NCBI GenBank assembly: GCA_015680685.1
Contig: MNCI01000286.1
Coordinates: forward strand, 157,582 to 217,716
DNA from: Gnetum montanum
Lineage: Eukaryota; Plantae; Gnetophyta
Reading direction: 5' to 3'
DNA length: 60,135 bases
Part shown: in pieces, positions 1 to 13,019 of the stretch
Layout: the number at the start of each line of letters is the position of its first letter
Numbering within the stretch: the stretch's first letter is position 1
Translations under genes and position numbers: made by a program
Notes under the pieces: model-generated
Databases searched by the model: none
Seen by the model: the letters and a program-made list of their open reading frames with translations, nothing else
Told to the model about the DNA's origin: nothing

Positions 1-297
1 GTGCTGCAAGGTTTATCCAAACAAGTTCATCTTTATTGCCATACACAACTTGGGTTCAGGTTACAAGCTGCTCGAATAAAGAGCTGTTCACTCTAGGACT
101 CCTACTGCGGGCACATGGGGAAAAATTCTAACTCTGGAGTGATCAATCTGCTAGAGCTTCGCTACACTAGCCAGGATTGGGAAATGAAGGGAGTGCCGCC
201 TCTTATTTATAGAAATGGTGGCAGGACGCGATATCGCATACGCGATATCGCAGGGTAAGACGCGATATCGCGGCCCAATGATTTTTTCGTCTCATCA
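1..297 (-). mobile_element. Partial LTR of a young Athila-like family (same family as LTR at 58518)
   Basis: On minus it begins TGATGAGACG at 297, identical to 58518. The reverse complement of 1-270 aligns with ~58575-58845 (CGCGATATCGC repeats, TATAAATAAGAGG, GTGCCCGCAGTAGGAGTCC, TTTATTCGAGCAGC, AATAAAGATGA). CpGs are retained. Confidence 0.9.
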
Positions 298-389
298 TTC
301 CCCAAAAGGGATTTTTTAACAAATCTACCCTAGGCTTTTATATTATCTTTTGCTAGTTATAGTAGTTATAGAATTTAAGGTTGTAATCT

Positions 390-3300
390 CCTTAGACTCA
401 CTTCGTATAATTGCAATCCTTTGGCTAACTACTTAACTTCTTAATAGATCTTCTCCATTCTCTAAACTTAGAGCCCTTTTTTTGACAACTAGCAAGATAA
501 CTTTCCATGGTTAATAAGAACCTTAATAGCCTGATTCATTGAATCTAGCTCATTATTATCAAGCTTCTTAATAACCTCCTCCACACTTTCCTCTCCTAAG
601 CTAGATTGTTCTTGAATTGTTTGTTTTAATTAATGCAGCTTTTGCACTAGAACAAGCTTGTTGAAATCTTAACTTCTTTTTGGTAGCTTAAAGCATGATT
701 CCTATAATCAACATCATCATTGTATCAATGAAACCTTGCATGTACTAGGACAACTACTCTATTTTGGTTGTGGCCAGCTCATATCACTCTTGAATTGTTT
801 CTTCCATTCATATGAACATAGCTTGTTCTTCTTTCATTTTTGAAATTTCTTCCTTCATCTCTGTCATCCACTCTTTACTATAATTCATGTTAGTTATGAC
901 TTCCTTAAAGCTCAATAAAGCAAGATGAGAATAATCCAAAGATTTTTAGTTTCTTGTATGCTCTAATTCTGAGCTTATAATAGTTAACCTTTCTTCTAGT
1001 TGCTTATTTTCATATTCTTTGCTCTCAAGCTATGACTCCTTGATGGTTACTATTGCCCTGAGCTACTTTTTTTGATCTTTTAGAATTTTGACTTCCTCTT
1101 GTAACATTGAAACTTCCTATTCATTTTGCAAGAGAAATTCCTTGATCTTGGCTATCTAGCTATTAGCTATTTGTCCCATGTCCTTGTTGAATGTGGCTAT
1201 AGTCTCAAATGTATCTTTATGGAACATCAAAGGCTTCTATTTTCCTATCTATGGATCATCTTCATTATACTAGAAGATCAAGTTGGCTTCTATCTCAAGT
1301 GTAGTGAGGTGATTTTAACTCAAGAAACCTTATTTGTCTCTAATCTTACAAGCTTGTGATGCTCCCTTCATTAGATATCTAGATGGGAAAGTCATGGCTA
1401 AAGATGAGCTTTCCCTCCCTTCTGTTGTTGCTGCTACTCTTGATGTTTCTATACATTTATTAGCTTCTATTGTTCCAGAAGCTACTATGGTTGTTTCTCT
1501 TTTAATTTTTGCTTTTGTAGCTATTGTTCCTTCTTAATCCTTGCTTGATCAACTCTAGCTTTCCTTATAGTTCTCACCCTAGCATATTTTGCCTCATCAA
1601 GAAGAAACCTCTCATCAAGAATATCATTCTTTGGCTCTAATAGTTTCTATGAGAAGTAATTTTCCTCAATTATAGCTAGACACTCCTCTAAAAAATCTCT
1701 AGCTAAAGGATGTTCTTTATCCTCCATGCATCTACACACTTCAATCACTAGGGCATCACAAGCTGAAGTTGGCAACTTCATTGATAAGCTTTTTCTTAGT
1801 TGTGCTAGAGGCTATTTTTTGGCTTGATTAACTTCTTTGCCAATAGCCCTAAAATAAACCATGTTAGTGTCATTGGATTTATGAACCTTCCTAGTTTTGA
1901 TAGTGGAATATATCCATTTCTAAGCTAAAGAAAAATTGCACTACTCTCTAAATCTTCTAGCCATGGCTCTCAATGCCTTGAATTGATGAATTTCCAAAAG
2001 CCCAATTCAAGAGGAAAATTTTATTTATGCTTGTATTCATGCCCCAAAAGGCTCTCTTATAGTTTTTACCCAACCTCCAATGCAACCAAATATAGAGTCA
2101 AAAACCTAGGTAGTTTAAAAGCTTTTCCTTTAAATCCTACTATGAGAACCTATGTATAATAAGCATGAAGAAAAACAGCTCCATCAGACTTTTTCCTTAT
2201 TTCATTAATGACCTATTGGTCAATCCTTAATGAAAAAACACCCAAAATCAACTTAATCAACTGATGGTATACACAATTCATCAAGAACTTTAAGGTTTAC
2301 ACATTGAAAAAGCTCTTCTAACAAATAACCAAAAAAAGGTTGTAACAAAGGTCCTTTGGGTGAGCCCTTCTCTATGACATGTAGTCTTCAAGAATTGGAG
2401 TTATTCTTTTAGTTTTTAGTACTTCACTTAGCAAAAATTCTATTAAAAACAAACTTAGTTTCAACTATGCCTCTTGCTCATGGAACTTCGATAGGCTATG
2501 TTATAATGCATCATTCATGTATTATATAGGGAAGTAGATCCTTTTATTTTCTAGTGCTACCCAAGCCTAGACATGATAGTCAACAATAATATTAATATCA
2601 CAAATAGAGCAAAAATTTATAGTCGAAATAAAAATCCTATGATGGCACATGAGCTCTGAAGCTTTAGGAATGGCTTTTCTGTGCCCCAAGCTTTTACCAA
2701 GTTGGATGGTGGTAGCTTGATGCTCTTCCTAGACTTGGGATGATTCCAAAATCTCCCGCTTAGCACCTCTTCATTATACTATTGAGTTTTAATCTCTATA
2801 ATATTTGGCTTCATTAACCCATGCAGCTTATATGCTTTCCTAACACTGATGTCAATGAAGCTCTCAGTATTATTCTTGAACGGTAGCTTGTCCTTTTTGT
2901 AGATTTTCTCTACTACTAAATGGTTCAAGACATCTCTAATTAGATTTTCCCTAGTCTTGGAATTGAGCTTATAAATTCCTATTTTTCATAAATCTCATGT
3001 CATTCCTCCATTGATTCTGCAGATCACAAGCCTAATTTTTCTACCAAATCATGGTCTTTCTCAAAATCAAAGAGGTCTACAGTCTACACTTCCAACAATA
3101 GTCACATTGTTCTAATCCATTAGTAGAGGTAATAAATATTTAAATTATACTGTTGTAGATATTCAAAAAAAGAAAAAGTATTAACATCTTCAAACTTTTG
3201 TGGTGCCTCTTCTTTTCTTTGTGCGACATCACAGCTACTCTTTCCTTAATCTCTTGAAGACTATCTATGTTCTTCAATGGTAGCCCTATTCCTTTTGTTA
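390..3300 (-). pseudogene. Decayed retroelement accessory ORF, copy 1 (unknown function, coiled-coil-like C-terminus)
   Basis: Minus translation gives ...RENLIRDVLNHLVVEKIYKKDK...FIDISVRKAYKLHGL and VGFKGKAFKLPRFLTLYLVALEVG, homologous to ORFs 8094-8303 and 7836-8033. Many stops and frameshifts. Confidence 0.65.
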
Positions 3301-3519
3301 GTTCTATCTTAGTTCTCTACTTAGTTCCAACTCTAAGCTTTGTTTGCTAATGGCTTTGTGCTCAAAACCTGTATGAATCTCGCTTATTAATATTTAGATC
3401 TTTTTTCTTTAATTCACTAACTTGTGATAGATTGTTTGATTTGGCATTGGACATTTATCTCCAGCTTTAATTTTGTTGAGTTACCTCCTTTAAGGCTTAA
3501 GGATTTAAATACCTATTTA

Positions 3520-5600
3520 ATTGTCAACTTGTAAAGCCTTCTCTAAACTTTGTTCATAAAGTTAAATTCAAGCTTATAGAAATTTTTTCTATGAAGAAAT
3601 CTAACATGGCAAAGTGAATTCAAGCTTCTTTATAGAGTTTATTTCATATCCAACCATGTCTTTAGCAAAGATGGATTAAAATATGAAATGGTTATATGTA
3701 CAATTCATGGTGGGTCCATAATGAGATCTAATGAGGCTTATAGAATCAATTTAGGGCTTGTTCATAAAATAATTTCTCTACTCTATAAACTTGCTTTATT
3801 AGGGAACTAATGTGGTAGGATGAATTAAGAAACCAACTCACAAAGTTAGTTTTTAATTCTATTAATTTTTCTTTTATCTTATGCTTACGTAATTTTAAAT
3901 CTCCTTTTAAAATATCTTGAGCTAGATTAAAGTTTAAATTTATTACATGTGAAATTGTATATATTGTGCTTCATGTCTGGACTTCAATGCTTGCAACACT
4001 CATAAAACCATTGTGAAGTTTTCTCATAAAGTCAATTTTTGGCTTCTCGAAAATGCCTCATGAAAGGATCAATGCGATAGAACTCAAAATTGGGTTCTTC
4101 ATATAGTTGAATTTTGGCTCTACAAACCTTCCTCACTAAATAGCTTACATACTATGGCATGCTTATATTTTTCATGATTTTTTCCAAAATTATCACGGAA
4201 GTAAAACTAAAATTCCTCACTAAATAGCTTACATACTATGGCATGCTTATATTTTTCATGATTTTTTCCAAAATTATCACGGAAGTAAAACTAAAATTCA
4301 GATATGCTTGTAAAGCTGAATTTTAATTCATGAATATGATTCTACAATCTAATGTAAAAATGAAGACTAAATGTGCTCTTTACAAGCGATATAACCATTT
4401 AGTAGAAATTTTTTTGGTTCTATGGGTTCCATTCTATATAAATTTTAACGTGGAAGAGCCAAAATATGAGCCTCTTGTAGAATCACTTTTAGGTTCTCAA
4501 AAATACCTTACAAAAGAGCTAACATTGTGAGGTCAATTGTGCGCTTGTTCGTAGAATAAAATTTTGTTTCTACAAACAAAAATTCTAGTCATGGCTTTAA
4601 ATCTATTTTAGCTTCTCTTGTAAAACTATTTTGGCTGTTTAAATCATAGTCCATGTGTCACATGATATTTACATACAAAACTAATTCCACTCTTTCTTCA
4701 TACTTGAATGCCACAAAACTAACCTAAGTAGAATAGTCTTGTAAGTATAGTTCTTGGTTCTACAAGTTTCCTCTACAAGTTGACATTGGCAAATGATGAT
4801 GTAGTTTGTAGAAAAAATTTTAGCTTTTCTTTGTAGAACCAAATTTTGGTTCAATTAACCGATCTTACTAGATAGCTTATGTGGTAGAAGCAAAAATGAG
4901 AATTTAATGCTACTATGGAGCATGAGCTTTTTATTTGTAGAGCCATTTTGTACAACCACTTTTTGGTTCTATGAACCATATCTCCATAAATGTTGATGTC
5001 ACCAAGTTGTTTTAAAGCTTCTTTTTAGAACTATTTTTTTAGTTCTACGAACTCATTGACTTTTCAAAAGTTGATGTAGTAGAGCTAATTTGAAAACTTT
5101 CATGAAGTGGAATTTTATTATATGCATAATCTCTTTTTCATGCTTCATGAACAAGTGATGATGTGACTCGTAGAACCATTTTGTAGTATCTATTCTTTGC
5201 TCCATAAGTTATTTACCATCAGACAAAAGTTAACATGGTAGAGTCATTTTGTAGAGCTGCTTTTTAATTCTACAAGACTAATCTTTATAAACACTGACAT
5301 GGCTATAGAATCATTTCATTGAGTTACTTTTTCACATCATGAGTATGTTTTACATAAGAATAAGCTAACGTGATAGAATAGATAATAAGCTATTTTGTAA
5401 AGTAGAATTTTGACTATGTGAATAATGTTCCAAGCTAACGTGATGAAACTATTTTCGAGCTAGCTTGTAGAAAACAAGCTCAACTTTACTAGCCATGTCA
5501 TCAATCTTACATGACAAAACCAATTAGGGTATGCTCTAGAGAGTCATTTATTGACTCTACTAACCTCTTCTGTGTTAGCAAAGCTAATTTAGTTAATCCA
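3520..5600. repeat. Degenerate tandem array 1 (GCTGACGTGG-like motif plus GTAGAACCAA-TTT-TTGGTTCTAC palindrome units)
   Basis: Recurrent variants at ~4400, 4478, 4551, 4833, 4938, 5170, 5238; gctaacgtga at ~5364 and ~5434. Confidence 0.75.
4131..4299 (+). repeat. Perfect 84-bp tandem duplication
   Basis: cctcactaaatagcttacatac...gtaaaactaaaatt starts at both 4131 and 4215. Confidence 0.95.
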
Positions 5601-6224
5601 TTTTCCTCACTTTTTCCTAGACTAAAATTTCTTGTTACTAAGCTGAAATGATAAACATACTTTAATAAATCCTTTCTCTAATTCAAATCAAGCCTCTATT
5701 CTTAAAGCAGGGGTTTTCATAAGCACTCAACTATTTATTCCAATGTTTATTACTATGAAACTAATTATTAGGCTTTGTGATTCCATCTTTAAAGAGCTCA
5801 ATTGAACTCACAGATACTAAAATATGCATTCAGGCCAATAAGTTCTATTCATGATGTTTAACTTAGTTATTTTATGCAATGCCTAATTTAATTTGAAAAC
5901 CCTAGTCTTTCAATTTTACATATAAAAAATCAAAATATTTTAGGAGGATTTGTGTAGTGTTAAAATACTTATTCCATAAATTTAAATCCCTTAAATCTAC
6001 ATTGCATCTTCTCTAAGACCCCTTTTTTCTAAAACTTCTTGAATGAGACTTGTCTTACCAAAAACTCAACATGTCAAATGTGAGCTTGTTCTTACAATAA
6101 GATCAGATTTGAGAAGTGGAACTTAACCTCTACTCCATTAATGGTCAAAATGTTACCACAGATTACATTCTTGAAAAGAGGTTTTAAGCTAAAATGAATT
6201 TTATATTTAGCATTTCTACAAACA

Positions 6225-6398
6225 TTTTCTTTTAGGAATTTACTGCCAAAAGCTAATAGTTACAAACCCTCCTCATAGAGTTGCAAACCATTCCTAAAAG
6301 AAAACATTAGGAGAAGATATTAGCTTTTGGCAGTTACAATAGTTACAAAATCATGGCTTAATTAATCTCACATTCTCCTCATAGAGTTGCAAACCATT
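6225..6398. repeat. Patchwork of short perfect inverted and direct repeats (templated filler-like junction)
   Basis: Inverted repeats 6225-6239/6290-6304 (15 bp) and 6242-6258/6318-6334 (17 bp); direct repeat 6269-6292/6375-6398 (24 bp). Confidence 0.85.
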
Positions 6399-6399
6399 A

Positions 6400-8450
6400 G
6401 ATATTCACTGAACCTCTTGATAAGACATTTTAATCTTCTGAATTTGGAGCCCCTGTATTGGTAATTGTTGAGATCTTCTATGATTGAGTAAAATTTTTAT
6501 GGTTTGATTTAATATATATAGCCTTACATTGTTGATCTTCTTAATAATTTCTTCAACCCCTACTTCTTTAGCACCTAATTCAACTAATGAATCAGTTAGC
6601 TCATTTAATGTAGCTCCTATGGTTGAACAAATCTGTTTCATCTCTAACTTCTTTTAATTAACTTATGTTATTATTCTTGCAACTACCATCAACATATTAT
6701 CTAGAAAACCCCTTCTTATATGGGAAGAATTCTTCTCTTTTTTCAATAGCCATTCTAGCCAAATTCTAAGCTCTATGATCCATTTGAGTAAAAATGGCTT
6801 GGTTCTTCTTAGCTTTTTCAATTTTGGCTTAAGTTTCCTGCATCCATTCTCTGTGATAGCTAAGTTTAGCAATCAACTCCTAAAAACTAGACTGCAACAA
6901 ATAAGAATGATCTAGAACTTTGACCTTCTTGTCTTATTCTAATTATAAGCCCATAATAGCCAAATTTTGTTCTAATTGTACCATACTGTATTCTTTATTT
7001 TCTAGTGACTCCTTAATTTTAATTGTATCTTTGATTTTTTTAATTTAGATATTTTTTGTTCATTCTACATCAAGAAATTTTTTAGCTTAACTATTTGGCT
7101 ATTAATAACTTGTCTCATATCTCTAAGAAAAATAGCTATGGTATATGACATCTCTTGATAGGACATTACTAGATTTTGACCTCTAGTTTGAGGATCATAT
7201 TCCTTATAAGGGAAGATAATTCTGATTTTGATTTTTGGTTTTGTATGAAGCTTTTGTATAAGGACGATTCTTCCTTCTTTTTCTTTAGTTTAAAAGACTG
7301 AGTTTCTCCTTTCATTAGATAGTATAAGGAGAATTCCAAAGTTATTAAAGCTAATGATGAGCTTTTTCCTTCTTTCTGTTATTACTACTATAGCTCCTGT
7401 AATCTTTGTTACTTAAGTAGCTCCTAGTACTACTACTATATGAAAAGTTCTTATTGTTGATACTGCTACTATTTCTCAAGAAGCTCTTGTTGCTGATTTT
7501 CCTTGTTAGCTTTTATTCTTTTCATTCTTATTTTCTTGGTTGCCTTTACCCTTGCATATTTAGTGTCATTAAGAGGAAACCTCTCATCACATATGGCCTC
7601 TTAAGGATCCTTGAGCTTTCATAAGATGTATTTCTTCTCCATTAGAGCTAAATATTCTTTAAAAAATATCTAGCTAAAGGATGATCCCTACTTTCAATCC
7701 ATCTACAAACTTTGGTGATTGGTCTATCATAGGTGGAAGTGGGCAACTTCATAGACAAGCTTCTCTTTAATTATTTTAGTACTTCATTCTTAGCTTGATT
7801 AACTTTTATATCTATAGATCTTTGATATATCACATCTATTTCATGAGGTTGATGAAATTACAAATCTTGATAGCTAAATATATTCTTTTTGGAGCTATAG
7901 GAAAATCACAATGTTCCTTATATCTCTTTGTTATACCTTTCAAATACCTTGCATTGTTAAATTCCCAAAATTTAAACTTCAAAGGAAAAACTTCTTTATG
8001 CTTAGATTCATGTCTTAAGGAGCTTTTCCACATCTACCTTTCTACTTCTAAAGGTGCAATATATGGACCTATGAACCTTAGAAGTTTACATTCCTACCCT
8101 TCAATGAGGCCATAGAGCTCATATGCTTTTCTTACACTAATATCGATAAAGTACTCTATATTTCCTCTAAAGAAAATCTTATCTTTTTCATAGATGATTT
8201 CAGCTATTAGGTGATTAATGATATCCATTATAATATTTTCCCTAGATCTAAAACCAAGCTTGTGGAGGCCTATCTTTACATAAAATTTATACCAATCCTT
8301 CATTGACTCTAAACTTTAAGCTTTATTTTCTCAATGAAGTCATGGTCTTCATCAACCCTTAAAAATGGTTTATCCTCCTACACCAAATCTAGGTGTCAAA
8401 CATTAATCCATTTTCATAACTGGTATATGATAAGATTAAAATGTTGAAGA
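6400..8450 (-). pseudogene. Decayed retroelement accessory ORF, copy 2 (lacks ~0.7 kb present in copy 1)
   Basis: ORF fragments 8094-8303, 7836-8033 and 6405-6641. DNA blocks shared with copy 1: gaaacctctcatca ~1605/7577, tctagctaaaggatg ~1698/7669, ggcaacttcat ~1771/7742. Confidence 0.65.
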
Positions 8451-8489
8451 TAATCTGAGAAGTTGAAGGTGTAGTAGGATAATTTGTAG

Positions 8490-10090
8490 CTTATGAAACT
8501 GACGTGGAAGAACCAATTTGTAGCTATCTTGTAGAATCATTTTTTTATTTTATGAACTTCTTTCTAGATATTGAATTTACATGGCTTTCAAGTTTTTCTT
8601 AAATCTTTAAATAATTTTCTTACACAAGCCATGCTAATCTAGATTAAAATTGTAATTAATAACATGTAGAGAATTCTATAGAAAGATCCATGTCTGAGCT
8701 TTTGGACCATCTTTTGATTTTGGTGTGGCTTGTACATCTAATTTAGCTTTTATTCATAGAACATCTTTTTCATTCTAGAAACCCATTCCAAAGTGCTAAC
8801 ATGGTAGAACCAAAAATGAACCTACTTGTAAGCTATTTTTCAGTTCTACGAATTGCTTTTCTTTATGAGGCTTACGTGGTGAATGGATTTAAGTTGTAAA
8901 ATCATCTTTTCATTCTTCTTGTCAAACTATTCTTAAGAGCTAGTGTGATAGAGTAACTTTTAAGCTTATTTGTAGAGCCAATTCATAGAATCACTTTTTA
9001 TACAAGGCTTTTCTTGTTCAAACATCTTTAAGCCTTATGGCTTTAAAAAGCTCTAACATGGCTTGTATTGTCCATTTAGCTTTTGTTTGTAACACCTCTT
9101 TTTAGTTCTAAAAACATGTATTGTACAAGTGCTAACATGGTTTATAGAACTATTTTGAAGCTCATTTGTAGAACCAATTTTTGGTTCTACGAGTTCACTC
9201 ACCCATCTAGTTAACATGGTAAAACCATTTTAGAGCTTTCTTGAAGAACCAAATTTTGGTCCTACAAATTGAGTCCTTAACTTTGATGACTTGGCTTTTG
9301 TGAATAAGCTCTTTCAAAAAGGCACTACTTATGCTGATTGGGTGGCAACTAGTTAATGTGACTTGTAGAGCCATTTAGATGCTTATTCATAGAACAAATT
9401 TTTGGTTTTACAAGGCTCATCTTCTCAAATTTTATGTAGCTAATAGAAAAAGTTTCTCTCAATGAATCAATTCTATGACTTCATGAGGTACTTTCCCTTT
9501 GACCCTTTAAACTAATATTTATTTATTCAGCCCATGTGGCACACGAACTTTACTTGTAGAATCAAATTAGAGCAAGTTTTATGATGATATGAAGCTAATC
9601 TTTAACATCTAGTCAATTAATGTGATAGAGCCATTTTTAAAGCTTATTTATAGAACCAATTTTTGGTTCTACATACTTTCTCCAATTTAACAAACTTATT
9701 AGTCAAGCTAACATGGATCATGAAACTATTTTAGGGCTATCTTGTAGAATCAATTTTTGGTTCTAGTAATCTTTCGTAACTCTACAAGCTGATGTGGCTC
9801 ATAAATTTAATCAAACTTTTGGCTTTAGAATCCCTTTCTATCCCCAAAATTTAATAAAGCTAACATTATTTGTAGAATCTAGTTCTACATACCATTCCAT
9901 TTTTATAAGCTCATATGACAAAATAACATGAGCTTTCTTTTGTAAAATCAATTTCACTCCAAATTTTTCATCCTACGAGCTTTTACTACTATAGCTTTGA
10001 GTCCATGATCCAACCTTGTTGTAGTCAAGTGTTTGTATCAATGCTAATTTATGACAAGCTAACATAATAATTGTAGAACTATTCCATTTA
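8490..10090. repeat. Degenerate tandem array 2 (same unit as array 1, ~70-80 bp period)
   Basis: Perfect palindrome GTAGAACCAATTTTTGGTTCTAC at 9168-9190 and near-perfect copies at ~9243, 9390, 9651, 9744. Units are preceded by ctgacgtgg, gctaacatgg or gctgatgtgg variants. Confidence 0.85.
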
Positions 10091-12099
10091 GCTTTGCAAA
10101 TCAATCTCTATTAATCTTATACTTCCTAAAGAATCCTCATAAGAAGAAATGATCTTTTAGATTAGCTTATACCCTCACAAGTTCTTTTCTTAAAGTTGAA
10201 TATGTAATTAATTATCCAATGATATACATAATTGAAATTGGCTCAAAATCGAACTTTTCATATTGATTTTCCAAATTTGAATCAATGAGCTCATATGTTT
10301 AACTACAAATTTTTTTTTGAGCTTTTAGATACTTAAAATTTTTGTTCTCAAGAATCATTCTCAGAATCCTAGCTATAATAGACAAACTTCTTTTGTGTAT
10401 TTTTGTGAGTATTTTATCTTTGTAAACATTGTTCTTCATCTAGGGATTTTCATTTTATACACTCACATTCTAGGGAAATAACATTATGAGCCAAAATTCA
10501 TAAAATTTCTATCTAATGTTGCTAAGAATATCACATTACTTGTTTCAATAATAGAGATGACTAAATTTAATCACAAACTTCCTATTGATATGTAAAGCTT
10601 CTAAGTCTCTTTCCAAATAAACTTACTATTTCTAATGTTACTATTCCATAAAATGATATTATTATAACAACAATTGATTAGGAGCGGTCCTAAACCATTG
10701 GCTATTTCATAAGCAGCTATCCTCCTTAGCTCATTCTTAGGAAAGATGATACTTAGTTCTCACTTAGCACATGCGACCTTATAAGCATTCTACATCATAA
10801 ATGCTATAAAAATCTATTTCTTGCATTCTTTTATCAATTTACAAATTTTGAAGTTGGTGGAGTTAGAACCTTGGCCAAACATGATATTAACAAGTATCTC
10901 CTACATACACACTTAGAAGAAGACAAGATCAAGTGTAGAGTAAAAAAATAAACTAAGAATGAAAAGTGTAAGAAATATTCTAAGTGGTGAAAAGCACCTG
11001 TAGGCTACTCTATGTAAGTTTGAGATGCTAGAAACTCTATTATCCCTTCTTCTAGTGCCAAAAATGTTCTCATAGAAATGTTCTTTACACTTTGACAAGG
11101 ATGCCTCCACAAACTAATGTTGGAATACTTATCCTACAACCACAAATGGTCTTCAATTTAATATAATATTTACTTAAGTTAATGCTAATGACATGGTAGG
11201 ATATAAATCTCCAATCAAATGTGGTCTTAATCCTACCAAACATGAACTAGGAATAGCAATGAAAAGGTAAAAATGTATAGTTAAAATATTGAAAAATAAT
11301 TAAGTGTTTACCATTCAAAAAATGACTAAGTGTAAAATGTCAAAAATAAACTAAGTATAGAATGCACTACAAGCGATAGAAGAAATACTGTGTTAAACAT
11401 GAATAAAATAGCATAAAAGATCAAAATATAAAACTATAGTATGAAGGAGAAGAGTTTAGGTTTCCTTCCTAAAGAATAAAAATGCCTTATTATTGAAAAT
11501 CAAGTGTTTTACCTCCTAAGGAGGATTAAACTATAAATGTTGGAGTAAAAACATAAGTGAGATAAAAATAACAATAAAAACTTGATTTGTAAGTAAAATA
11601 TGAATTTGGAATATGTAATTGAATCTCTAATGATTGAGGATATGGAAAAAAGAAGTTGTTCGAGTAATCCAAAATTAATTTTGAGTCAAAATAGGACTAT
11701 TTTGGCCAAGTGTCCCATCACTAATGTTGTAACTGAAAAAAATCCAACTCTAAAAAGTGATGTTGAAGCCTAAATAATCCTAAATTTTGAGGGCTAACAT
11801 AGATGCTACTTGATTGACATGGATGTCATGTCAGTGCTCATACTAGAGCCTAAACAAGTTATGGTAGTTGTGGAGCATGCAGGTGACATCGGGAGGTTTG
11901 TTATACATCTTCTTGATCTCTCAAAATCTTAAAAAGTTCTTAAGATCTCAAGAAATCAATCCTAAAATATATTTTTTGATGCCATCTTTATATGGTAGGG
12001 GTTACCAATTTCAAGCTCAGAGCTAAGTGATGTCTGTTGGGAGTTAGTATGAACTTTATTCTTAGCAAGTTTTATACATAGATTGAGCAATGTGGATCC

Positions 12100-12990
12100 C
12101 ATCAATGGTGACACTAATTTTGACATTAGTGTTACCATCAACATTACTAAGAGTTAGACAATTTTTTTTAGTTTTTCCCAATATAAAGTTTTGGGCCTTT
12201 AGGATCTCATTTGATGTCCAAACTAAGGTTGAATGATGCTGACATGATGTTGAGGATTCCATGAGGTTAGGAGATGATGTACATTGATTACAAGTATCAA
12301 GGAAGCATGGTTTAGGTCTTAAGAATGATGATGAAAATACTAATGATGGCATCAGCATCAGCATCAATGATGGCATCAAAATTTTGATCAATTTGTAATT
12401 TTTGAGTATCTAGGATCTCATTTGATATTTGAACTAATGTCAAATGCTACCAAGACAATGTTGATGAGCCTAAGAAGCCTATGGACATTATCAAATGTTG
12501 GTAAAAAGCATGATGGCTAGAAAACTTTGGATGCATTAGTGTTGCTTGAAAAACTTTTTTCACTTTATCTATTGTAAAGTTTTAAACTTCTGAGATCTCA
12601 TTTAATGCCCAAACTAATGTCAAATGATGTCGAGGAGCTCATGATGCCAACGAATGAAGTTTAATGCTATTTGGAAAGATCAATGATATCATTTCAAATC
12701 CTACTCAGATGCTGATACTAACATTGATGTTGGTGTCAATATTAGCATTAGCTTTGTACTAAGAAAAAATTTAATCATTTTTCAAGTTGTTGTTTGTAGC
12801 TTTTAAGATACCCAAATTGACATAAAAATGAACCGAAATGATGCTTGTTGACTACCAAAGAGCCTAGAAAACCCTAAGATGGATCAAACTACAAGAGAGA
12901 TAAGCCCCAAGGATGTGAAGGACCATGATATGACTACTGATGCAAGTGTTAACATTAGTGTCAACACTATAATTAGAAAAATTTTAATCT
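12100..12990. repeat. Degenerate ~190-210 bp tandem repeat (about 4 units) of an unidentified TE
   Basis: gatctcattt(g/a)atg.ccaaactaa block at ~12203, 12414, 12594 and weakly 12805, with tgatggcatcagcatca-type blocks between. Similar blocks resume after 22182. Confidence 0.6.
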
Positions 12991-13019
12991 CAAGGTCTTG
13001 GGATCAACACTATAGTTGC

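Noticed and set aside
298-320. PPT making 1-297 the 3' LTR of the accessory-ORF element
   Set aside because: Only GGGGAA is purine-rich, and the LTR looks much younger than the flank; the link cannot be established within this window.
9168-9190. Heat-shock element interpretation of the GAA/TTC motifs
   Set aside because: Spacing does not fit the nGAAnnTTCn pentamer register.
8490-10090. CRISPR-like appearance (palindromic repeat with variable spacers)
   Set aside because: Repeats are degenerate and irregular, no cas genes are present, and the context is a plant retroelement. Reported as a TE array instead.
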